Source of the DNA: Cetorhinus maximus
Lineage: Eukaryota
Assembly (NCBI RefSeq): GCF_964194155.1
Contig: NC_135879.1
Coordinates: 228,532,001 to 228,596,000, forward strand
Direction of reading: 5' to 3'
DNA length: 64,000 bases
In this document: one piece after another, positions 23,363 to 35,814 of the stretch
Position numbering within the stretch: the first letter of the stretch is position 1
How the letters are laid out: each line of letters opens with the position of its first letter
Made by a program: the position numbers and the translations under genes
The notes under the pieces: generated by a model
What the model saw: the letters and a program-made list of their open reading frames with translations, nothing else
Databases searched by the model: none
Told to the model about the DNA's origin: nothing

Positions 23363-23744
23363 TGGGGCAAAGTTTTCCCCTCATCGGGGGGGAAGTGTGG
23401 GGGCGGGCGTGGGCAGACAGCCCTCCGATCAGCGCCCCCGATTGGGGGTGCGCCACCAATTTTAGTGGGTGAGCCAATTAAGGCCTGCCCAGCGTGAAGT
23501 CCGCAGGGGATTCCCCGCCCCCCCCCCCTGGACAGGCCTCACCACCCTGCAGTAGGGAAGGGAAAGTTATCCAAAGTTGCTTCAGCTTGTACACTTCACC
23601 CTAACTCACTGTAAAAAGCATGGAGGAGAAGATTATGTTGGCCGAGCAGGTTATATAGCTGGCAGTTGCATATGAAGAGTCGTATTTTGAATGAATTACT
23701 GAGAGGGCTCTGCCACCTCAGCAACCACAGAAAAAAATGTATTT

Positions 23745-24510
23745 TTTTCATTCATTCACGGGACGTGGGCTTCACTGGCTAGGCCAGCATTTATTGCCCT
23801 TGAGAAGGTGATGGTGAGCTGCCTTCTTGAACCGCTGCAGTCCATGTGGGGTTGGTATACCCGCAGTGCTGTTAGGAAGGGAGTTCCAGGATTTTGACCC
23901 AGAGACAGTGAAGGAACGGCGATATATTTCCAAGTCAGGATGGTGAGTGACCTGGAGGGGAACTTCCAGGTGGTGGTGTTCCCATCTGCCTGTTGCCTTG
24001 GTCCTTCTAACTGGTAGTGGTCGGGGGTTCCAAAGATGCTGTCAAAGGAGCCTTGGTGAATTCCTGCAGTGCATCTTTTAGATGGTACACACTTCTGCTA
24101 CCATGAGTCGGTGGTGGAGGGAATGAATGTTTGTGGATGTGGTGCCAATCAAGTGGGCTGCTTTGTCCTGGACGATGTCAAACTTCTTAAGTGTTGCGGG
24201 AGCTGCACTCATCCAGGCAAGTGGAGATTATTCCGTCACACTCCTGACTTGTGCCTTGTACATGGTGGACAGGCTTTGGGGAGTCAGGAGGTGAGTTACT
24301 CGTCGCACAATTCCTAGCCTCTGACCGGGTCTTGTAGCCACAGTATTTATATGGCTAGTCCAGTTCAGTTTCTGGTCAATGGTAAAGCAGCTGGTGAAGC
24401 AGCTGAAGGTGGTTGGGCCAAGGACACTACCCTTGGGAACTCCTGCAGTGATGTCCTGGAGCTGAGATGACTGACCTCCACAACCACAACCATCTTCCTT
24501 TGTGCTAGGT
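23745..24510 (-). mobile_element. Non-LTR LINE 3' fragment (abundant shark family, CR1-group, clade uncertain)
   Basis: AGVPKGSVLGPTTF and IDQKLNWTSHINTVATRPGQRLG...LSTMYKAQVRSV. 3' UTR GGGCAATAAATGCTGGCC. The same family occurs at 24945-25255 (+) and 46335-46830 (+). Confidence 0.8.
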
Positions 24511-24944
24511 ATAGTAGAGATGGTATGGGAAGAGAAGGGATAAAAAATCAAATCAGAATGTATGCAGTACATTTGTGCAGAGCAAGGTTCCACAAACAAT
24601 GATGAGATGTTTGGCCAGTTAATGTGTCTCTGGAGGTGCTGGTTGTGGTAGCAGCATTGGCCAGGGCACTGGGAAAAAATCCCCTGCTCCTCTTCAACCA
24701 AAATTCCACATCTTACTTCAACAGGGCACTTCCAAAAAAAGCAACAGTCCTTCATTAAAGTCTATTCCTCAACTTCACCCTTAAGTGAACCTTAAGGTCT
24801 GCAAATGACACTGAACCCATCACCTTCTGATTCAAAGGAATAAAGAAAGTTATGCATTTATATAGCACCTTTCACAGGCTGGGAAAATCTTAAAGTGCTT
24901 TAGAGCTAATTAAAAACAGTCAGAGGGCAATCACGGCTGTAATT

Positions 24945-25255
24945 CACCAAGGCTCCTTAGTCAGCACCTTCCAAACCCATGACCACTACCACCTAGAAGG
25001 ACAAGGACAGCAGATAAATGGGAACACCACCACTGGAAGTTCCCCTCCAAGTCACTCACCATCCTGACTTGGAAATATATCGCCGTTCCTTCGCTGTGAC
25101 TGGGTCAAAATCCTGGAACTCCCTTCCTAACAGCACTGTGGGTGTACCTACACCACATGGACTGCAGAGGTTCAAGAAGGCAGCTCACCATCGCCTTCTC
25201 AAGGGAAACTAGGGATGGGCAATAAATGCTGGCCCACATCCCGTGAATTAATTTT
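24945..25255 (+). mobile_element. LINE 3' end fragment (same family as 23745-24510)
   Basis: SKSWNSLPNSTVGVPTPHGLQRFKKAAHHRLLKGN* followed by GGGATGGGCAATAAATGCTGGCC. Confidence 0.8.
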
Positions 25256-28249
25256 TAAAAAAATCCAGGAAATGAAGCAGGCAGCTTACACACAGCAACG
25301 TCCCACAAACAACAATGATATAAAGGTTAGATAATCTTAGTTTTACTGATGTTGGATGAAGTCTAAATAATAGCCAGGACACCAGAGCAAACTTAGTGAA
25401 AATACTGTGAATGCTGGAGATCTATAACAAAAACAGAAAGTGTTGGAAAAACTCAGCAGGCCCGCCAACATCTGTGGAGAGAGAAACAAAGTTAATGTTT
25501 TGAGTCCAATCTGACTCTTGTTTGGAGCTGAGTGATACACCAGAGCAAGCTTTACTGTTCTTCTTTGAAAAGTACCTGAATGGGTAGATGGAGCCTCATT
25601 CCTCCTCAGCTGAAAGACAGCAGGAGGAATTTTCCCAGGCAAGAGGAGACAGGTTTGGGCATGTGCAGGGGGTTAGGTCCCTAAAATGTGACATTGGGTC
25701 AGAAGCCCAACATCAGCCCCCCCCCCACCAACTTCAGGGCTTTACCAGGGCAGGTTTGAAGGCGAGCATGGAACCCCATGAATTTAAATATTATAATAAT
25801 CAATTACCTTCTGTTTTAACCAAGAATTATGCATTTAACAGGCAGGGGACCAAGTTCCAGAGCTGTGCGGAACTCCTTCATTACTGCAATGAAGTCTCAG
25901 TTTAGAGTTTCTGGAGAGGAATCTGAACCCACAATCTTCTGACTCAGAGGCAGGAATGCTGCCACTGGCTGCCACCGCTGATTATACTTAGCTGGATGGG
26001 GACTATGTGTGAACTTTTTGTTCAACTTGTAATCAAATGTTTTTAAATCTAAAATCCTGTCAAGGAAATTCACTCCACCTGCTAAACTCTCATCTTTCTC
26101 GCTTAGCTGGGTACCAGATGGCACTGTATTGAAGAAGATGATTACATTGGAAGTAATGATCGCAACCAAATCTCTAAAAAAAAAATAAAGTTTTGTACCT
26201 TTGTAGAAAAATTTCAACATAAAATTGAAAACGTTCCTTAAATATTTATATCCGTTGAATGTAATGTGATATAGTTGCTCTAAATGCGTTAATATTTTAA
26301 CAGTGAATTTCAACCACTGTGGCATAATGATTGTTGGAGTTTGATATGTTATAATCTTAATTCTCATGAGAGAACTACTATCATAGGAAACAGAAGCTTT
26401 TGTCTACTATCTGCACAAACTTAAAAGAAAAGCAAATGGAACTTTGTACACAAATCACAGCTGTGCCTCTGTAGGTGCCCATGGGCTATGATAAATTCAG
26501 ATGATGTCCTTTTGCTTCCTATCAAATCTTTCTTGTGGCATCTTTGGCAATGAGCTCTATTTTTGCTTACTCTGTAGGTAACATCACAGAAAAGATTTGT
26601 TAAGGGTCACACAAAATTACAGTGAGGCTTCACGATAACATGCAATTTAGAATCCATTTCAGGAGTGCGTGATACTTGAAGAGCTTTAGCTTTGCTTGAC
26701 AGCTGCAGTGTTCTGTTCTGTATGCAAGAACCAAGAAACCCTGATATAATAATAAAGACAAAGTAATGCAATAGATTTTAACTGGTGTTTTGCCATTGCC
26801 ACTAAAATTGCAACATCTGATTGCTGCTTAACTTAACCCATTAACCAGCCTGACAAACCTGCTGGAGAAAGTACATCTTAGCTGACAGTTGTGAACAGTA
26901 GTCATGGCTGACTTAAAAGCTACAGGGCACTGCACTATAGGTTTCAGAATCTTGACAGTTAAAGAATTAAAGATATTTACTGTGGCATTCCCCCATGGCT
27001 CAACATGTTGATATGCCCACGCACTGTGCAGTGGAGTGGGAAGCAGGCATCTTCCTGCCTACAGTTCCACCCGCATATGGAGCTACCAGTCTCAGATAGG
27101 CTGCTTAGTGGGAGGTGCTGAAAACACATAAGATTCTTCTCCACAGGGAAGTAGGGAAAATTCAGAAAAGTCCAATTTTTAGTTCCTAAGCTGATACATG
27201 AGGAAAAGTAAGTTCACACTAGCACAGAAAGCTCCAAGAGCAGCAGCATTTTATTCCTTGGAAACTACAATTATAATGACTTTGCACTCTTTCTTCTGCT
27301 TGCATCTGCATTGTGTTAAAAGACACATTGCACAATTTCCTCCCAAGAGTCCTTCAGTCCCAGGGACATGAAACTGACCCCCAGCATTTCTCCCAAATCC
27401 AACTACAAGATGCGAACACTTGTCCCTGCCACCTCAGAGATGGCTCCAGTTGAATGTTCATGGGCACGTCTCTTCCTGATTCAATTTCAAAACGAGATTT
27501 CTGCATTGTTCATGAGCCAGTTACTGGCTATACCTACATGCCTGGGGATGGATGAGAATGTGGGCTCGGAGTCTGGGCCAATTCGTGAGCAAAGAGAAAA
27601 TCGTGTAATGTTACAACATTGAAATAGACCCTTTGTTTTTCTTTTTTCCACATCAGCTGCCTATTCCAAGCCAACTTCTCAGATCCTTGAATGAGATTTT
27701 TTTTTCAAACAATTAAATTTGTACTTTCAAGTGTCTCATTGTCCATTAGAACCAATCCATTACAACTTAACTCATTCTTGAGGTGTGGACATCAGTGGCA
27801 AGACATGTACTGCCCATTTCTAGTTGTCCTGGGTGACTTTCCAGGTCATTTCAAAAGGCAGTTAAGAATAAACCAGGTTAGTGTGGAACCTATAGGCCAG
27901 ATCAGGGGAACACGAGTTAAACATGAGTTTTTACGATGGTACAGCAGCATCAAATATTGATCCCAGATTCCAGTAAAATAACCATTAGCCTAGTCTACTT
28001 CCTACCTTATGTAAAAATCCATAATCTTGAACACCTTCAGAAGGTTACCTTTTAAACTTCTCAATTCTCTTTTCATAGTACACTTTTACTTCTGCTAACA
28101 TCTAAGCGAACTTATACTAAATGCTTTCCATTGTTTTAAGGTTGAAAAACTGCACACAATACCCCAGCTGTGGCCTAACTAAGGGCTTCAGCATTACATC
28201 TCTTAGGCAAATGATACGTACAGCATTTTGAATTATAATTTTGGCTGGG

Positions 28250-29100
28250 AACATAGGAACAGGAGTCTGCCATTTAGCTCCTCGAGCCTGTCCCATGATT
28301 CAATGAGACCATGACTGACATCCAACCTAACTCCGTATACCCACCTTTGCCCCATACTCTTTAATACTTTAGGATAACAAAAGCCTACCCATCTCAATTT
28401 TAAAATTAACAAATGATCTAGCATCAATTGCTCTTGTGGAAGAGAATTCCAAACTTTTACCAGCCTTTACACGAAGAAGTGTTCCTTAATATCACTTCTG
28501 AAAGAACTTGCTCTATTTTTTTGACTAATCCCCCTACGCTTATACTCCCCAAGTAGCAGAAAAAAATTCTCCCAATCTACTCTATCTGTTCTCCTTAACA
28601 TTTTGAAATCTTTGATCAAATTGCCCCTTAGCCTTCTAAATTACAGAGAATGCAACCCTTGATTGTGTAATCTCTCCTTGTAATTTAATGCTTGGAGCCC
28701 AAGATATTGTTCTTATAAATCCTTGCTGCATTCCCTTCAAGTCCAATTTAGAGTTCCTAAGGTGTGGCATCCAGAACTGCTCAAGGTACTCCATCTGTGG
28801 TCCAACCATCTAACTATCTGTGGCTTTGTATAGTCGAAGCATGACTTCTACCCCCTTGTATTCTAATCCTCTAGATACAAAGGCCAGCATTCCATTTGCC
28901 TTTTTGATTATTTTCTGTAGGTGCTCATGACATTTCAACAATCTGTGTACCTGGAACCCCATCTCTTTGGACCACCTTTGTTTCTAGCTTTACACCATTT
29001 AGAAAGTATCCTATTCTTCCTTTTTAGCTTCAAAGTGAATGACTTCACAGTTGTCTATTGGAACCCATTTGCCACAGTTTTGCCCATTCTCTTAACCTAG
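28250..29100 (-). mobile_element. Older CR1 LINE 3' fragment
   Basis: CR1 3' UTR at ~28250-28330 and diverged ORF2 C-terminal sequence. Confidence 0.75.
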
Positions 29101-30209
29101 CAATGGCCTGGATTTTACGGGGTGGGGTATTGCTCACTCCCCAGTTAGAAAAGTGAGTCGTAAACTGACCAACTTTAAAAAAGGCTGTCCCGCCGTGGTA
29201 ACACACGATGGATGGCTTAAACAAGCAGAGCGGGGCACTTCCGCCTCTCAGTGGGAAGAAGTCCTGCCTTCAAGAGCTATCTAGACCGATCTGATTGGCT
29301 GGCAGCTGAGTAGTCTCAGCAGCGCCAGAATTCAGTAGTGGGTGCTGCTGGGACTGCAGCAATCTCACTATGAAATGAACAATGGATCCCAGGTGCAAGG
29401 AAATCCAGGATTTTTGGATAGGTGGAAATCAGGTGGGGGCCAAGGGGGGTGGGGAGGTGGATTTTGGAGGTCAGGTGGGGAGGCACAAAAAGATGAGTAG
29501 CAGCATCATTGGAGGAGTGTGCCCAGTATGCACAGGGCACCTCCCAAACAATGCACCCATCTTTCTTCCTGCTTTTTCACCTCAGATGGTAAAAAAATAG
29601 ATTCTCCACTCTAGCCCGCCTGCCCAGGCCAACCACATTATGGCATGGGCAGCGGATCAATTGTCTTGCTAACCAGCTCCTTTGCCCATTAATGGCTTTT
29701 TTAAAAATGGTGGGCAAGTTGCCAATTTCGGCGTCCATCCACCTAACATATTATTGGAAACTAGTGTGTTGCCATTGGGTTCACAACCTGGCGTCATCAC
29801 ACTGCAATTTATGCATGTATGGGATCACAGACAGAATCACAGAATCACACAGTGCAGAAGAGGTGCTTCGGCCCATCGAGTCTGCACCGACACGTGAGAA
29901 ACACCTGACCTACCTATTGGGATGTCAGCAGTCCCAATTTGCAAACGTAAAATCCCAACTCATATCTCTTAATTTTATGCTTTCATCTGTACTGTTTATA
30001 ATACCCTTGTGGTGGAGGCAAATTTGGATATATATGGCCTTCTATTCCAACATCCAAGTTATTAGGGAATACAATGAAGAATCGAAGCCCCAAACAGATC
30101 CTTGCAGGATACCACTATTCGTATCCTGCCAATTAGAATATGTGCTCATTGTCCCTACTCTGTCTCCTTTCCCTCAACCAATTTTCTAACCAGTTCAATA
30201 ATTTAGACC

Positions 30210-33070
30210 ATAATACCTCAAGACGTAGGAGCAGAAGTAGGCCATTCGGCCCATCAAGTCTGCTCCGCCATTCAATGAGATCATGACTGATCCGATAATC
30301 CTCAACCCCACTTTCCTGCCTTTTTCCCATAACCCTTGATTCACTTACTGATTAAAAATCTGTCTATCTCAGCCTTGAATATACTTAATGTCCCAGCCTC
30401 TACAGCCCTCTGCAGTAAAGAATTCCACAGATTCACTACCCTCTGAGAGAAGCAATTCCTCCTCATCTCTGTTTTAAATGGGCCCCCCCACCCCTTACTC
30501 TGAGATTATGACCTCTGGTCCTAGAATCTCCCACAAGGGAAAACAATCTCTCAGCATCTACCCTGTCAAGCCCCCTAAGAATTTTATAGGTTTCAATAAG
30601 GTCGGCTCTCATTTTTCTAAATTCCAATGAGTACAGGCCCAATCTACTCAACCTCTCCTTATCGGAAAATCCCTCCATACCTGGGATCAACCTTGTGGAC
30701 CTTCTCTGGACTGCCTTCAATGCCAGTATATCTTTCCTTAGATAAGGGGACCAAAATTGTTCACAGTATTTTAGGTGTGGTCTAAATAGTGCCTTGTATA
30801 GATTTAGCAAGACTTCCCTATTTTTATATTCCATTCCCTTTGAAATAAATGGCTAACATTCCATTTGCCTTCCATACTACCTGTTGAACTTGTATGTTAA
30901 TTTTTTGGGATTCATGCACAAGGGCTCCCAAATCCCCCTGTGCTGCAGCCTTCTGCAGTCTTACTCCATTTAAATAATATTCACTCCTCTATTCTTCCTG
31001 CCAAAGTGCATAACCTCACATTTTCCCACATTATATTCCATCTGCCAAGTTTTTGCCCACTCACTTGACCTGTCTATATCCCTCTGTAAACTGCTTGTGT
31101 CATCCTCACCACTTGCCTTCCCATCTATTTTTGCGTCATCTCCAAACTTGGTGATAGTACATTCACTTCCCTGATCGAAGTCATTAATATATATTGTAAA
31201 TATTTGAGGCCCCAGCACTGATCCCTGTGGTACTCCACAGGTTGCCATCCTGAAAATGTCCCCCTTATCCCAACTCCCTGGGCTGGATTTTACCGTTGGC
31301 GAGCAGGGGGCAGGGCCCACTCGCTGACGCGTAAAATGACGCACGGTGACGTCGGGCGGAACCCCGACGTCATCCCGCCCCATTTAAATTTTCAGGAAGG
31401 TGGGGGCGCAGCAAAATCAGCGGTGGGCAGGCAGGAGCCCCGGTGGGAAGTAGAAAAAACATGAAACCTCATCCACAGGCGGGATGAGGCTTCATGTAGA
31501 GTTTTAAAAATGTTAATAAAGTTTTTTTTGGAAATTATGAACATGTCCCAACTCAAGTGACATTGTCACATGAGGGGACATGTAAGGGAATTTTTTTTTT
31601 CTATTTTTAATATTTTTGAAAGTAGAGGCAATCTCCCTGATGCAGCACTTAGCCTCAGAGAGATGATTTTAGGCATTCCCCCCAGCAAAGTATTTATTCA
31701 ACTCCTCTGCCATTTCCTGGTTCCCCATTATTATTTCCCCACCCTCATTCTCTAAGGCGCTTATGTTCACTTTGGCCTCTCTCTTCCTTTTTATATATTT
31801 AAAGATGCTCTTACTGTCTGTTTTTATATTACTTGCCAGTTTACCCTCAATGTTTATTTTCTCCCTTTTTATTATTTTTTTGGTCATCTTTTGTTGGTTT
31901 TTAAAACTTTCCAATCTTCTGGCTTATCACTAATCTTTGCCACATTGCATGGTTTTCTTTCAATTTGGTACTGTCCTTAAGTTCCTTGGTTAACCATGGT
32001 TGGATTATCCCCTTCCTTGAATCCTTCTTCCTCATTTGGATATATCTTTGTTGAGAGTTATGAACTATTTTCTTACACATCTGCCATTGATCATCAACCA
32101 TCTTTTCTGCTAAACTGCTTTCCCAGTCCACTCCAGCCAACTCTGCCCTCTATCCATTGTAATTACCCTTATTTAAGTTTAGCACAGTTGTTTCCGACCC
32201 AAGTTTCTCACTCTCAAACTGAATGCTAATTTCTACCATATTATAGTCACTGTCCCCTAGGGGATCTTTTACTCTGAAAACGTTTATTAAACATGCCTCA
32301 TTAGACATTACCATATCCAAAATAGCCTGATCCCTGGTTGGATTCACAACATATTGTTCTAAGAAACTGTCCCGAATACACTCTATGAATTCTCGTTCGT
32401 GTCTATCTCTGCCAATTTGATTTTCCCAATCTACATAAAGATTAAAGTCACCCATAATTAATGTACTGCCTTTTTTACCTGCCCTCATTATCTCCTGACT
32501 TATTCTCTGTCCTATAGTATAGCCAATGTTATGGGGCCTATAGACTACTCCCACCAGTGTCTTCTTCCCCTTGTTATTTCTTACCTCCACCCATATGGAT
32601 TCGACATCTTCCAATCGAAGTTCCTTTCTTGCTATTGTACTTATTCCATCTTGTACTAACGAAGCTACCTCACCACCCTTTCCTTCCAACAGTCCTTTCA
32701 AAAAGTCACATACCCCTGAATATTTAGTTCCCAGCTTTGATCTCCTTGTAGCCACATCTCTGTAATGGCTATAAGATCATACCCATTAACCTTTATTTAT
32801 GTTATTAATTCATTTATTTTATTCCGAATACTACATGCATTTAAATAAAGAGCCTTTTTGCCTTTTTACCACCTTTTTCCCCATTTGACCCCATTTGCTG
32901 CTTTTTTTAATGTTTGTACACTCTGTCCCTTCCTGTCACACTCCGGGTATCATTACCTAAATAGCAGCCCTGCAAGGCTGCCATGTCCTTTTGCTTTGTT
33001 TGCCTATGTATCCCCTTTCCAGAACCCTCCCCCTGCTCTATTTAGTTTAAAGCCCTCTCTACAGCCCTAG
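30210..33070 (-). mobile_element. CR1 LINE (ORF1 end, ORF2 endonuclease, RT C-terminal, 3' tail), split by a Harbinger end and a deletion
   Basis: ORFs 32150-32755 (GVVYRP, IMGDFN), 31669-31914, 30970-31280 (PQGSVLGP, KFGDD) and 30463-30834. Confidence 0.9.
31280..31667 (+). mobile_element. Harbinger-family left-end fragment (hairpin-rich)
   Basis: TIR GGGCTGGATTTT at 31280. Homologous to 6965-7270 and 34505-34950. Confidence 0.8.
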
Positions 33071-34491
33071 TTATTTGCCTTCAATTACATGAGCTTTAAC
33101 TTTAGCTAACAAAATCTTATGAGAGAATTTATCAAATGTCTTCTGGAAGTCCATATAAATGACATTCATAGACATTCCTCTGTCCACTATTTTAACCATC
33201 TCTTCAAAAAATTCTATCAGATTCGTCAGGTAGGACCTGTCCTTTATAAAGCCACAGTGGCTGCCATTGATCAGCTGAAAGGTTTCAAGTTGTTCAGTCA
33301 TCCTATACTTAATTAAAGATTCTAGCATTTTCCTGACAACAGATATTGTCCAGGGGTGAAAGTTTAGAGGAAATTTCCTTTCCACATTCACCCTGTCAAA
33401 TCTCGCCAGGATCTTATATGTTTCAATCAAGTCGCTCCTTACTCTTCTAAACTCCAGCGGATATAAACCGAGCTTGTCCAGCCTTTCCTCATAAGAGGAC
33501 CCGCCCATTTGAGGTATTATTCGAGTGAACCTCCTTTGAACTGCTTCTAATGCATTTACATCTTTCCTTAAAAAAGGAGACTGATACCGTACACAGTACT
33601 GCAGATGTGGGCTCACTAATGCCATGTATAACTGAAGCATAACCTCTGTATTCTTGTGCTCAATTCCCCTTGCAATAAACAATAACATCCTATTAGCTTT
33701 GCTAATTATTTGCTGCACCTGCATGCTAACCTTTTGCGATTCATGCACTAGGACACCCAGATCCCTGTGCAATCTCTCACCATTTAGATAATATGCTTCT
33801 TTTTTATTCGTCACATTTTCCTACATTATACTCCATTTGCCAGATCTTTGCCCACTCACTTAACCTATCTATATCCTTTTGTAGCCTCCTTACATCCTCT
33901 TCACAGCTTACCTTCATACCTACCTTTGTGTCGTCAGCAAATTTAGCAACTGTACCATCGATCCCTTCATCCAAATCATTTATATCAATTGTAAAAAGTT
34001 GAGGCCCCAACATTGATCCCTGTGGCACACCACTCATCACACCCTGCCAACCAGAAAATGAGCCATTTATGACTACTGTTTCTTGTTAGTTAGCCAATCT
34101 CTTATCCATGTTAAAGTTATTTATGCTCTACACCATGAACTTTTATTTTCCACAATAACCTTTGATGTGGCACCTTATCAAATGCCTTCTGAAAATCTAA
34201 GTACAGCACACCCACCAGTTCCCCTTTATCCACAGCACCTGTTACTCCTTCCAAGAACTCCAATAAATTGGTTAAACATGATTTCCATATCATAAAGCCA
34301 TGTTGACTCTGCCTGATTGCCTTGAATTTATCTAAGCGCCCTATTATAACGCCTTTAGTAATAGCTTCTAATGCCTTCCCTAAGACAGATGTTAAGCTAA
34401 CTGGCCAATAGTTTCCTGCTTCCTGTCTCCCTCCATTTTGAAAGAAGCTACATTAGCTATTTTCCAATCTAATGGTACCTTCCCTGAATCT
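33071..34491 (-). mobile_element. CR1 LINE ORF2 fragments (two joined pieces)
   Basis: PQGSMLGPQLFTIDINDL, KFADD and LVSPHLQYCV. A second RT piece (YMDFQKTFDK) is joined at ~33350. Confidence 0.9.
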
Positions 34492-34504
34492 AGGTCAGCA
34501 TCTT

Positions 34505-34950
34505 CGGAGCGGGGCCCGCTCGCCGACGTGTAAAATGACGCGGAGTGACGTCGGTCGTGTGTCCCGACGTCACCCCACGTCATTTAGATTGTCAGTTCAG
34601 CGGGCGCGCATCTGAGTCGGATGCGTGCCCGCTGACCTGTCAACGGCCTATTTAGGCCATTCAAAAAACAATTAAGTTCATTAAAGTTGGCGGGCAGGTC
34701 GGGAGCACTGGCAGCCACCTGAAAAAGTATGAAACCTCATCCACGGGTGGGATGAGGTTTCATTGCTGAATCAAAAAAATTAAGAGACACTTTTAATTAA
34801 CGTTATTGTCCATGTCCCAACTCATGTGACATTGTCACATGAGGGGACATGGATGGTGAATGAAGTTTTCACTGCAGTAACTTTTTTACTTTAGGAACCG
34901 ATCTCCCTGAGACAGCACTTAGTCTCAGAGAGATCAGAGCACACTTCCGA
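34505..34950 (+). mobile_element. Harbinger-family left-end fragment (hairpin-rich)
   Basis: Colinear with 31280-31667 (GTAAAATGACGC, TGACGTCGG...CCGACGTCA, ATGAAACCTCATCC...GGATGAGGTTTCAT). Confidence 0.8.
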
Positions 34951-35814
34951 TTTTAGAAATCCACCCCCCCCCCCCCCACCCCCGCCAACCCCCCTCCCCT
35001 CCCCGCAATGGAATGAAGCTAATGAAGCATAGGCCAGAGATAACACCAAGGAATGGTTTACTCTGTGTGACTCAGTAGCTCACTGGATGGTGCATTTATC
35101 CACTTAATTATCAGTGGAGCTGTTCTTAAGTATCTCATCAGTTAGAATTTAGTAATACTCTCTTGACATCTTGCAGGCTTCAGTCAAGTATCTGGCATGA
35201 AGAAAGATTTCCAGAGCATTCTTGTAATTTTTTTTGTAGTTATTATCTACCCTTCTCCTGGTACAAATTGGATTTGGCACAAGGGTTGAATATCATTTTC
35301 TTAATGCATATTTCCTTATGTTCGTTTCAGGGTTAGAAAATTATCTAGTGTTTATTTTCTAACTTCCTGTTTGCACGGCTGGAGTGGAAGTGAGCACTAG
35401 AACATCAATGTTATGGACAGAGTATCTGCCTGAGCAAGAACACAGATTCATCAACTCAGTAGCATCAACAATTTATAAACCAGCTTTTGTAAATCATACC
35501 CTTCATTCGAATGTTGTGGATTTTAAAATTAGTTGAAGTCATTCGTTCATGGGATGTGGGCATCGCTGCCCTTGTTCAGAGGGCACTTAAGAGTCAATCA
35601 CATTGCTATGGGTCTGGAGTCACATGTAGGCCAGACCAGGTAAAGGGTTTTTGTGAAAATGGTTTCACGGTTATCATGAAATTCCAGATTTTTATTGAAT
35701 TCAAATTTCACAATCTGCCATGGTGGGATTTGAACCTATGTCCCCAGAGCATCACCCTGGGTCTCTGGAATACTAGTCCAGTGATGATATCACTATGCCA
35801 GCACCTCCCCAGGG

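Noticed and set aside
25897-26367. 156-aa minus-strand ORF
   Set aside because: AT-rich, with no recognisable domain or splice context, and it ends in a SINE head; likely chance.
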